Source: Clostridia bacterium
GTDB taxonomy: Bacteria > Bacillota > Clostridia > UMGS1840
Direction of reading: 5' to 3'
NCBI GenBank assembly: GCA_017625695.1
Contig: JAGAKI010000008.1
Span: 16,331-80,330, forward strand
Length of the DNA: 64,000 nucleotides
The stretch's first letter is position 1, and each line of letters opens with the position of its first letter. The translations under genes were made by a program, and so were the position numbers. The notes under the pieces were generated by a model. It was not told the origin of the DNA. It saw only the letters and a program-made list of their open reading frames with translations, and did no database searches. Shown one piece after another: positions 19,744 through 28,646 of this stretch.

Positions 19744-19828
19744 TATACTGTGAAAGAAGTCTTTGTTTTTATTCATGTATCCCAATTGCAAAAAAATTTA
19801 TATATTACATCCAAAAGGAGACGACACA

Positions 19829-22800
19829 ATGAAGATGAGAAAAATTTTATCTCTCCTGCTGTGTTTGATGATGGTGCTTTCTTCAATGAGCATCGTATCC
19901 GCAGCAACTCCCCAGATTAAGAACATCATCTATATGATCCCCGACGGGGGCGGTATGGATCCCTTCAATCTGGCAGACGCAGTAAAGCAGGCAGGTGGCG
20001 TGAACTCCCGGTTCCCCAACTCTACCACGCAAACTGTAAACAAAATGTACTTAAAAGATTACCTGGTAGGTGCAGAAACCACCTACAGTAACAACCAGGC
20101 AGTTACCGACTCTGCAGCGAGTGGTACTGCGTTGGCAACCGGTAAGAAAACCAATAACTATTTTATTGGTATCAATCCGGCAAGAAAACCCATTGCAACC
20201 ATTTTGGAAGCAGCGCAGTATCAGGGTAAAAGAGCAGGTTTAGTTTCTACCTATCCCTGGTCTCACGCTACCCCGGCTGCATTCTCTTCTCACGCAGAAG
20301 ACCGTTACTACTATCGTACCATTGCTCAGCAGCAGATTAACCAGGGCTTAGACGTTGTTCTGCCCATGAATGCTACCGGTGCAGGTGCTTATGACGAAGC
20401 AGCCCAGGATATTGCAGCACATGGCTACAGTTCTGTTACCTCTGTAAGCCAGATGTTAGCTCTGCAGTCCGGTGCAAAAGTATGGGGTACCTTAGGCGGT
20501 GACTTCACATTCTCTAACCGTGATATCACCAATGCAGCAAGCTACCCGAACTTATCGGAAATGACCAAATCAGCAATCCAGGCGTTGGAAGGATCTGATG
20601 AAGGTTTCTTCCTGATGGTAGAAGGCAGTGCTGTTGACGGTGGCGGACACGGAAGCAACGCATTGGATATGGTTACTGAATTTATTGCATTCGACGAAGC
20701 TTGTAAAGTGGCAATCGAATATGCAAAAGGCAGAACCGACACCGTGGTTGTGATCGCACCTGACCATGATACCGGTGGTATGAATGTGTTAAACCAGTCC
20801 GGTGCTGTTTCTCTGATTCAAAGCGGACAGATTCCCGGAACTGCTTACATTACCTGGAGCGGCAACGGTAGCCATACCGCAAGAAACGGCGGTGTGTTCC
20901 TGTATGCACCTGCAGGCGTGGCAGGAATTCCCGGAACTGCATCCACTCCCGGTGTAGCATCCAACTTCAATAACTATGTGATTAACAATACCGATATTGC
21001 TCCTTATTTAGCAGACTTAATCGGTGTTGATTTAGATGCAGTTACCAAAGAATTATTCGTTGACGTATCTTCCTTAGGTACCTACACTCCTGTGACCGAT
21101 ACTTACTGGGATTATGATGATGCAAAATCCGTTACCACATCGGCTCATACCGGTACCTTTACCTTTAAAGATTACAACTTAACCGTAGAAAGAAACACTT
21201 CCAAAGCAACCTACAATGGACAGACTATCGACTTAGACGGTCAGGTTTGTGTATATGTAGGCGGACGTTTCTATGTTCCTCAGCTGCTGTTGGATACCGT
21301 TGGTATCGAATTTGACCCCGGTGATGTGGAAACCGCATCCAGCATCTTAGTGGGTACAGACTTAGCAAACAGCGTTCAGGGCAATTCCGGTGTTACCATC
21401 GGCAGCGATAGCGTAACCATTCAGCAGAACAGCTATACCACTGCTTATGTTACCTTCTTAATTGGCGTTCCCAAAACCGCATACTACAATGTGCAGGCAA
21501 TGATTGACACTTCAAACCGTCTTGCTTATGGCAATGTTTTGTACGGAACCGGCTTAACCGCAGATTTTGATACCGGTGACATCATTACCTTTGCACCGGG
21601 CAGAATCAGCGATCCGGAATACTGGACTGATGACTCCTCCGACAGCGTCCTCTTAACAGCAGGTAATCATACCATTACCTTTATGTCCGGAGACTCTGCA
21701 AACAACGTTATTTTCAAAGGCTTACAGTTAGTGGAAGACTTAGGAAAAACTCCTCCGGGAGAAACTCCGGCTCCTACCGCAACTCCTACTCCTACCGAAG
21801 CTCCCGATTATAGCAATATTACCGCAGCAAAAGCTCCTTATGCAGGTGTATATCAGGTAACTTCTGACAAAGCAGTAACCCTGACCAACGAAACCGGTCA
21901 CACCGTTACTTTAGCAGCAGGCGCTACCGATTACTTCTACATGATTAAAGGTAATAACAATATTACCATGAGTGATGCTTCTGCAAATTTAACCTTTACC
22001 GCTTTAGTAAATAACGGTATGGCTTATATCAATGAAGTGGATGCAGGTACCGTTCCTGTTACCACCGAACACTTTAAATTAGGTTACGAAAACGTGGGCA
22101 ATGTGGCAAGTAACGTGGTTTCTACCTATGGTAATACCAGTGTTGGTGCAAGCTCCGTTACCATTCCCAACTCCAGCTCCGTAACTCTGAGAGCAGATGC
22201 TCCTCAGGCAGGTTTATACTATATGACCGTGATCACCTCCGGTGAAGGTAAGTATATCACCTTAGAAACCGATACCGGTCATACCGGTCAGTATGCAACT
22301 ACTCTGGCAAATTCTGCAACCCACTATGAAGATGCCGGAACCAACAGCGATTTCTTACTGGCTTACTTAAGAGCAGGAGAAAACAATATCACCATTATAA
22401 ACAACGGTCCTTCTGCTATTACCTTAACAGGTCTTCGTTGCTCCAAATCCTCCAGCTTCACAGCAGGCGGTTCTTCTGCAACGGATGCAACTATTGCACA
22501 GTTTGTTTTAGCAAACTGTAAAGTCATTGCAGACGGTTACGATCCGGATGCTCCGGAAACCACTCCGACCCCGACTACCGCTCCGACCGCAACTCCCGTT
22601 CCGACTCCGGGTATTGTTGGCGAAATTTCTTACACCAACGCTCCTTATGCAGGTGTATACGAAGTTACCTCTGACAAAGCAGTAACTCTGACCAATGAAA
22701 CCGGTCACACCGTTACTTTAGCAGCAAACACTCCTGCATATTTCTATATGATTAAGGGAAACAACAATGTTACCTTAAGTGACAATACTGTAACCTTAAC

Positions 22801-25800
22801 CTTTGCAGAATTAGAAGACAACGGTTTGGCTTACATTGATCAGGTATCCATTTCCGCGGAACCTTTTACCGGTCCCGAGGATGACCATGACCCCACCACC
22901 GGTGCTGCAGGTATCACCTTAGCTGCCGGAGAAACCCGTTCCTTTACCCATATCCCGAACTATGGTGCAGGTCTGTATTATCCCTACATTTCCGGTACAG
23001 AAGGCGGCACCATTAAAGTAACCACCGATACCGGTTATTATGCAGAAATTCTTCTGAGAGGCGGCTCTTCCTCTGCATGGACTGACGGTTCTGCTAAGAC
23101 AGATCCCGAAGTGGTTTACTTAAGAGACGGTGCTCAGACCGTTACTCTTACCAATACCAGTGGATCAGCTGTCAGCATTAACACTACCAGCTTTGGTACT
23201 ACAATGGTATTAGCAACAGCTACCTACTGGGTAGATCAGATGAAGATGGCAGAACTGAAAGTAGTTCCTGCCGGGGAAGAAGTGGTTGTTCCGACTCCGA
23301 CTCCTACTACCGCACCCACCGCAACCCCCACTCCCACCTCTACTCCTACTGTTGTGGCAGGTCAGATGACTTACGATGCACCTTATGCAGGTGTTTACAA
23401 AGCAACCTCCGACAAAGCAGTAACCTTAATTAACGAAACCGGTCATAAAGTGACCTTATCCGCAGGCGGAACCGGTTACTTCTATATGTTCAAAGGTCTC
23501 AATCATATGAGCACCACCAACGAAGCAGCAAATGTAACCTTCGCTATGCTGGAAAATAACGGTATGAGCTATATCGACAGCGTAGCTGTGGATTCTCTTC
23601 CCAATACCTACGAACATTATTATATGGGTTACAGTGTTAACGACAGTAACACCAATGCGGTTGACTTTATCTACTCAAAAGACAGCGGTGTTACTACCAG
23701 TGGCAGACAGATTACCATTCCGGCAGGTAAATCCGTTACCTTCCAGGCTAACATTACCGAACCCGGTATTCGTTATGTTTGTATTTTCACCACCGGAGTG
23801 TCCGGCAATCTGCATGTAGAAACCGACACCGGTTACTACGGCGATTTCAAATACACCCGTGCAAATGTTGGTTCCCTCTATGAAGATACCGATGTAAACG
23901 GCAACGGAACCGACTTATTGCTGGTATATCTGAAAGAAGGTCAGAACTATGTTACGCTGACTAACGATAGTGGTTCAACCGTTACCACTGAAGGTCTCCG
24001 TCTTTCCAGAAGTAGTTCTATGACCTCTTGGGAACAGGTGAAAATGGCTTCTTGTAAGGTTCTGCCTTACGATGGCGAAATTGTGGAACCCACTCCGGTT
24101 CCGACTCCGGATAACCAGATGACTTACACCGCTCCTTATGCAGGTGTATATCAGGTAACCTCTGATAAAGCAGTAACTCTGACCAACGAAACCGGTCATA
24201 CCGTTACTCTGGCAGCAGGTGCAACCGATTACTTCTATTTAATCCAGGGTCAGAATACGATCACCACTACCGATACTTCTGCTGCCTTAACCTTTACTGA
24301 ATTATCAGGCAACGGTCTCGCTTACATCAACGAGGTTACCATTACCGAAGAACCTGTTATCTCCGGTCAGGAAGACCTGGTTGAAACCGCTATGCTCAAA
24401 GACTTAGCACCGGGAGAAACCTATACTTTCACCTATACTCCTTCTTTGGGTATGAACGGTTTTGTATATCCCTACATTGCAACCATGAACAACACCGCAG
24501 AAGGTATCTTAAAAGTTACCTTTGATACCGGTTATTATGCGGATATCTACTATTCTTCCGCAACCAATGGCGGTTCCTGGGCTTGGGCAGACTTAGCAAA
24601 AACCGATCCTGAAATGGCTTATGTAAGAAATGGTGTGAACACCATCACCATTGAAAATACCGGTTCTGCTACCACTCAGTTGTATGCAATCAGAATCCAC
24701 AGTGCCGGCGAACTGGTTGGCAATTCCGCTTGGGATTCCCAGATGAAGATGGCACAGCTGAAGGTTGTTCCTTACGGTGACGATGTGGTTGAACCTACTC
24801 CCACTCCCACCCCGACTCCGGATGCAAATACCATCGTTTACACTGCTTCTTATGCAGGTGTTTACAAAGTTTCTTCCGACGTTGCAGTAACCTTAACCAG
24901 TGAAATTGGTGCTACCGTTACTTTAGCAGCAGGCGAAGAAGGCTACATCTACTTAATCGCAGGTGAAAACACCATTGCTACTACTGATGTAGATGCAAAC
25001 GTAACCTTTAGCGCTTTAGCAGGCAACGGTATGGATTACTTTAATCAGGTTACCATTGCGAACGAACCCATTATCTCCGGTCAGGAAGATTTATACGGTT
25101 GGGCAAATATTGGTATTACCATTCCCGTTGGTGGAACTTATACCATCGAGTATACTCCTTCTTTAGGACTTGCAGGTATGGTTTATCCCTACATTGCGTT
25201 TGGTACTGCTAACGAAGCAACCCTCAGATTAACCAGTGATACCGGTTTCTATGCCGATATTTACAATCCGGCAGGCGTTTCTTACAGCAGCAGATTAACT
25301 ACAGACGCTGCAGGCAATGATATTGAACTGTTGTATGTAAAAGAAGGTGTGAACACCATCACCTTAGAAAACATTGGTTCCAGCGATATTCTCTTGTATA
25401 CGATCAGATTCCACAGTGTTGGTGAGTTGGTTGGTCATGCAACCTGGGGAAGTCAGCTGAATGTTGCTAACTTAAAACCTGTTGTGGAAGCTGACGAATT
25501 CTCTGAAATCACCTTAAATGGCAAAACCAAAACCGCAACTGTATCCTTCAAAAACATGGGTACTGACGATGACGGCGTTGTAAGCTTGGTATTAGCTTCT
25601 TACGAAGGCAATAAACTGACTGCAATCGATATCACTTATATTGATACCGATGCACAGACAGTTGGTACTACCGTGGAATACGCTGTAGATCTGCCCGAAG
25701 CTACCGGCACTACCTTAAAGGCAATGCTCATCGATGAAAACTTAGTGCCCAAAGCAGATGCGAAAGATGTAACCATCGGTTCTTTAACCGGTCTGAAATT

Positions 25801-26407
25801 CTCCATCTTAGGTGACAGTATTTCTACCTTCAATGGTTACTCTAACAACGCTGCAGTAAACTCCACCATCGGCTCTAACGCTGTTTGGTACTACGGTAAC
25901 AACAACGACGTTACTAGTGTTGACCAGACCTGGTGGAAACGTGTTGCAGACACCACCGGTATGGAAGTGTTGGTAAACAACTCCTTCTCCGGCGACAAAG
26001 TTTGCGTATACGGTAAAACCAGAGCTACCCAGTTGCACAATAACGACGGTGAAACTCCCGACGTTATCGCTGTATACTTAGGCACCAACGACTTTGCTAA
26101 CGGTTGTACCTTAGCAGACTTTACCACCAACTATCCTGCAATGATTGCAAGCATCACCGAAACATATCCCGATGCAGACGTTTATCTGTTGAACTTACTC
26201 TATTATGGTTCTTCTGCAGATGGTTTCTGTAACGTAATCGAAGATGCTGCCGAAACTTACGGCTGCACCTATGTTGACATCCGTAACGATGCAGGATTCA
26301 CTTCTTCCAACTTAGGAAGCTATATGCCTGACCAGTACGGCGTACATCCCGGCAGTGCAGGTATGGAACTGATTGCAAATTGCGTTGTAGCTGCAATGAG
26401 CAAATAA
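19829..26407 (+). CDS. giant secreted multidomain protein: alkaline phosphatase, CuAO-N-like and CBM-like regions, five tandem modules, Ig-like domain, SGNH/GDSL hydrolase (2192 aa)
   Basis: ATG at 19829 lies 8 nt after AAAGGAG, and a signal peptide is present (LLCLMMVLSSMSIVSAATP). Alkaline-phosphatase catalytic motifs: IPDGGGMD, VTDSAASGTALATG, EGSAVDGGGHGS, APDHDTGG, GSHTARNGG. C-terminal SGNH blocks: ILGDSIS, NNSFSGD, YLGTNDF, DQYGVHPG. I see no SLH, LPXTG or other anchor. Confidence 0.9.
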   Translation: MKMRKILSLLLCLMMVLSSMSIVSAATPQIKNIIYMIPDGGGMDPFNLADAVKQAGGVNSRFPNSTTQTVNKMYLKDYLVGAETTYSNNQAVTDSAASGTALATGKKTNNYFIGINPARKPIATILEAAQYQGKRAGLVSTYPWSHATPAAFSSHAEDRYYYRTIAQQQINQGLDVVLPMNATGAGAYDEAAQDIAAHGYSSVTSVSQMLALQSGAKVWGTLGGDFTFSNRDITNAASYPNLSEMTKSAIQALEGSDEGFFLMVEGSAVDGGGHGSNALDMVTEFIAFDEACKVAIEYAKGRTDTVVVIAPDHDTGGMNVLNQSGAVSLIQSGQIPGTAYITWSGNGSHTARNGGVFLYAPAGVAGIPGTASTPGVASNFNNYVINNTDIAPYLADLIGVDLDAVTKELFVDVSSLGTYTPVTDTYWDYDDAKSVTTSAHTGTFTFKDYNLTVERNTSKATYNGQTIDLDGQVCVYVGGRFYVPQLLLDTVGIEFDPGDVETASSILVGTDLANSVQGNSGVTIGSDSVTIQQNSYTTAYVTFLIGVPKTAYYNVQAMIDTSNRLAYGNVLYGTGLTADFDTGDIITFAPGRISDPEYWTDDSSDSVLLTAGNHTITFMSGDSANNVIFKGLQLVEDLGKTPPGETPAPTATPTPTEAPDYSNITAAKAPYAGVYQVTSDKAVTLTNETGHTVTLAAGATDYFYMIKGNNNITMSDASANLTFTALVNNGMAYINEVDAGTVPVTTEHFKLGYENVGNVASNVVSTYGNTSVGASSVTIPNSSSVTLRADAPQAGLYYMTVITSGEGKYITLETDTGHTGQYATTLANSATHYEDAGTNSDFLLAYLRAGENNITIINNGPSAITLTGLRCSKSSSFTAGGSSATDATIAQFVLANCKVIADGYDPDAPETTPTPTTAPTATPVPTPGIVGEISYTNAPYAGVYEVTSDKAVTLTNETGHTVTLAANTPAYFYMIKGNNNVTLSDNTVTLTFAELEDNGLAYIDQVSISAEPFTGPEDDHDPTTGAAGITLAAGETRSFTHIPNYGAGLYYPYISGTEGGTIKVTTDTGYYAEILLRGGSSSAWTDGSAKTDPEVVYLRDGAQTVTLTNTSGSAVSINTTSFGTTMVLATATYWVDQMKMAELKVVPAGEEVVVPTPTPTTAPTATPTPTSTPTVVAGQMTYDAPYAGVYKATSDKAVTLINETGHKVTLSAGGTGYFYMFKGLNHMSTTNEAANVTFAMLENNGMSYIDSVAVDSLPNTYEHYYMGYSVNDSNTNAVDFIYSKDSGVTTSGRQITIPAGKSVTFQANITEPGIRYVCIFTTGVSGNLHVETDTGYYGDFKYTRANVGSLYEDTDVNGNGTDLLLVYLKEGQNYVTLTNDSGSTVTTEGLRLSRSSSMTSWEQVKMASCKVLPYDGEIVEPTPVPTPDNQMTYTAPYAGVYQVTSDKAVTLTNETGHTVTLAAGATDYFYLIQGQNTITTTDTSAALTFTELSGNGLAYINEVTITEEPVISGQEDLVETAMLKDLAPGETYTFTYTPSLGMNGFVYPYIATMNNTAEGILKVTFDTGYYADIYYSSATNGGSWAWADLAKTDPEMAYVRNGVNTITIENTGSATTQLYAIRIHSAGELVGNSAWDSQMKMAQLKVVPYGDDVVEPTPTPTPTPDANTIVYTASYAGVYKVSSDVAVTLTSEIGATVTLAAGEEGYIYLIAGENTIATTDVDANVTFSALAGNGMDYFNQVTIANEPIISGQEDLYGWANIGITIPVGGTYTIEYTPSLGLAGMVYPYIAFGTANEATLRLTSDTGFYADIYNPAGVSYSSRLTTDAAGNDIELLYVKEGVNTITLENIGSSDILLYTIRFHSVGELVGHATWGSQLNVANLKPVVEADEFSEITLNGKTKTATVSFKNMGTDDDGVVSLVLASYEGNKLTAIDITYIDTDAQTVGTTVEYAVDLPEATGTTLKAMLIDENLVPKADAKDVTIGSLTGLKFSILGDSISTFNGYSNNAAVNSTIGSNAVWYYGNNNDVTSVDQTWWKRVADTTGMEVLVNNSFSGDKVCVYGKTRATQLHNNDGETPDVIAVYLGTNDFANGCTLADFTTNYPAMIASITETYPDADVYLLNLLYYGSSADGFCNVIEDAAETYGCTYVDIRNDAGFTSSNLGSYMPDQYGVHPGSAGMELIANCVVAAMSK
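21833..25480 (+). repeat. five in-frame tandem coding repeats (714-807 nt period) separated by Pro/Thr linkers
   Basis: Module heads (A[PS]YAGVY...) start at 21833, 22640, 23378, 24131 and 24845. Pro/Thr-rich linkers lie at about 21748-21810, 22541-22612, 23284-23355, 24088-24114 and 24790-24822. Confidence 0.85.
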
Positions 26408-26440
26408 GATTCTCAAGTGTTTTGAGATTTATATTGAAAA

Positions 26441-26476
26441 ATGGCACATCACAAACGTGATGTGCCATTTTTGTTT
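26441..26476. terminator. bidirectional terminator between the giant gene and araC-type gene
   Basis: A 12-bp perfect stem ATGGCACATCAC/GTGATGTGCCAT with loop AAAC, an A-run before and TTTTGTTT after. Confidence 0.8.
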
Positions 26477-26498
26477 GGAGTAACGAAGATTGCTATCT

Positions 26499-27332
26499 TT
26501 ATGATTTTTCTGACAAAAGTGATTTTTTATATTGCAGCGGAGTAATGTCAAATTTCCTTTTGAAAACACTGATAAAATGGGAATAGTCTTCAAATCCGCT
26601 TTCAAAGCAAGCATCGGTAACGGAAGTGTTCTGGCGTAATAGCAGACAGGCGTTTTGTAGTTTTTTATCTTCCAAATAGCGTTTTGGTGTCATAGAAAGA
26701 TATTTTTTAAAGTGTCGTTCCAGAGTGGAAATGCTGATATAAAATTTATCTGAAACTTCGTTGACAGTATGGATGGAAGCAAAATTTTTATTGATGTAGT
26801 CCAAAATATCTTTAAGACTTTTTGGCAGAGAAAGGTTTATATTGGAAACTTTGTATTTTTCCATCCCTTCTTCAATATAAGAAAGAATTTTAAAGAAAAC
26901 AGCCATCTGGGAAATGCGGTTTTCAGGACTGCTTTTGGCAAGATTTTCACAATGCGTCAGAAATTTTTGTTTCTTTTCTTCTGATAAACGGATATGGTTT
27001 CGATGTCCTGATTTTTTATTTGTTAAAAATTTAAACAGTTCGGGGTTTTCATCTACCGAGAACATAATCCAAAAGTGCAGATGGTCACTGTCGTCATGAT
27101 ACACACAATGATGATATTCATAGGGTTTTGTAATAATGATGTCTCCGGATTTTACGGAATAAAGATTCTTTTCAATTACAAAAGATACATTTCCTGTCAG
27201 ATTGACATAAATTTCACAATATTCGTGAATATGAGGGGCGGTTTTACGGTCTGCACCGGATGCAGTAACATTCATTTTTGAAACATTTACGAAAAATGGA
27301 TGCAATGATTCCATGATAAAATTGTTATTCAT
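26499..27332 (-). CDS. AraC-family transcriptional regulator (cupin sensor plus HTH)
   Basis: An N-terminal cupin-like region (HIHEYCEIYVNLTG) and a C-terminal AraC HTH (LEDKKLQNACLLLRQNTSVTDACFESGFEDYSHFISVFKRKFDITP). The ATG at 27332 follows GAGAGG. Confidence 0.85.
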   Translation of the reverse strand: MNNNFIMESLHPFFVNVSKMNVTASGADRKTAPHIHEYCEIYVNLTGNVSFVIEKNLYSVKSGDIIITKPYEYHHCVYHDDSDHLHFWIMFSVDENPELFKFLTNKKSGHRNHIRLSEEKKQKFLTHCENLAKSSPENRISQMAVFFKILSYIEEGMEKYKVSNINLSLPKSLKDILDYINKNFASIHTVNEVSDKFYISISTLERHFKKYLSMTPKRYLEDKKLQNACLLLRQNTSVTDACFESGFEDYSHFISVFKRKFDITPLQYKKSLLSEKS

Positions 27333-27440
27333 ACCGATACCTCTCTTCATTTTTCATCTTTTTGACGATTATATCATATTTTTTGCCTAATAGTCAAGCA
27401 AAACATTAAAAAAAATATGCTATGATATTATTAAATACTG

Positions 27441-27469
27441 TTGAAAAATTCAATTACTTGTGATACAAT
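27441..27469 (+). promoter_or_regulatory. promoter of the five-gene sugar operon
   Basis: TTGAAA (27441-27446), a 17-nt spacer, then TACAAT (27464-27469) with an extended -10 TG (TGATACAAT). Confidence 0.55.
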
Positions 27470-27512
27470 GTATGTGTAACAGATTATATTCATATAGAAA
27501 GGAACTCTTACT

Positions 27513-28646
27513 ATGAACAAAAAAATCAGATTTGGTATTATTGGTTGCGGACTGATGGGAAAAGAATTTGCTTCAGCTGCAGCAAGATGGTGCCATTTGA
27601 CCGATGATGTCCCCGCACCTGAAATTGTGGGCGTGTGTGATTTTAATGAAGCAGCAATCCAATGGTTTACCAACAATTTTGACTCTATTAAGTATGTGAC
27701 CTCTGACTATAAAGAACTATTGAATAAAGAAGATATTGATGCCATTTACTGTGCGTTGCCTCATAATTTGCATGGACAGGTTTACAGCGATATTATCCGG
27801 GCAGGGAAGCACTTCTTAGGGGAAAAACCCTTTGGGATTGACAAAGCGGCAAACGAAGAAATTTTAAAAGCACTGGAAGAAAATCCGGGTGTTGTGGTAA
27901 GATGTGCCAGCGAATTTCCCTTCTTTCCTGCTTGTCAGGAATTGATTCGTTGGGTAAAAGAAGGCAAATTCGGAAAAATCATTGAGGTACATGCCGGTTT
28001 TAACCACAGCAGTGATATGGATTTAACCAAGCCCATCAACTGGAAACGTACCATTGAAATCAACGGGGAATACGGATGCATGGGCGATTTAGGGATTCAC
28101 ACCCAACACGTTCCCTTCCGTATGGGATGGACTCCCAAAAACGTGTATGCTGTGCTTTCCAACATTTGTACCGAACGTCCCGACGGTAAGGGCGGCATGG
28201 CTCCCTGTAAAACCTGGGACAATGCAACTTTAGTATGTGAAGCAGAAGATAAAAACGGAGACGTTTTCCCTATGTTCTTAGAAACGAAGCGTATGTCTCC
28301 CGGCTCTACCGATGAATGGTTTATCGAAGTGTACGGTCTGGAAGCTTCCGGTAAATTCAACAGCAATGACCCCAATGCGTTCTGCTATACCAATGCAGTA
28401 GGAAAAGAACAGGCTTGGTGCCGTTTGAACGTGGGTTATAAGCCTCAGTTTCCGACCATCACCGGCGGAATTTTTGAATTCGGTTTCACCGATTCTATCC
28501 TGCAGATGTGGTGTTCCTTTATGAAAGAAATTTCCGGTGAAAAAGTAGAATTCGGTTGCTTCACTCCGGAAGAAACTCGTCTGTCCCATAAGCTGTTGAC
28601 TGCAGCTTTGGAATCTCACAAAGAGAAAAAGGTTGTTACATTATGA
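27513..28646 (+). CDS. Gfo/Idh/MocA-family oxidoreductase
   Basis: Rossmann segment IRFGIIGCGLMGKEF and the GEKP motif (KHFLGEKP). Confidence 0.85.
   Translation: MNKKIRFGIIGCGLMGKEFASAAARWCHLTDDVPAPEIVGVCDFNEAAIQWFTNNFDSIKYVTSDYKELLNKEDIDAIYCALPHNLHGQVYSDIIRAGKHFLGEKPFGIDKAANEEILKALEENPGVVVRCASEFPFFPACQELIRWVKEGKFGKIIEVHAGFNHSSDMDLTKPINWKRTIEINGEYGCMGDLGIHTQHVPFRMGWTPKNVYAVLSNICTERPDGKGGMAPCKTWDNATLVCEAEDKNGDVFPMFLETKRMSPGSTDEWFIEVYGLEASGKFNSNDPNAFCYTNAVGKEQAWCRLNVGYKPQFPTITGGIFEFGFTDSILQMWCSFMKEISGEKVEFGCFTPEETRLSHKLLTAALESHKEKKVVTL

Noticed and set aside
22508-24199. Two similar antisense ORFs inside the giant gene (22508-22708 and 23975-24199, both starting MTGF[IV]GQSYCF...)
   Set aside because: Their similarity is a by-product of the sense-strand tandem modules. 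They lie opposite the conserved module heads, have no RBS, and sit inside a gene with clear coding signal on the other strand.
21748-24822. Short Pro/Thr-coding repeats (ccgactccg/actcctacc types) that could be mistaken for a tandem-repeat or CRISPR-like array
   Set aside because: They are in frame within the giant ORF, irregular in length, encode PT linkers, and are separated by 700-800-nt protein modules rather than spacers.
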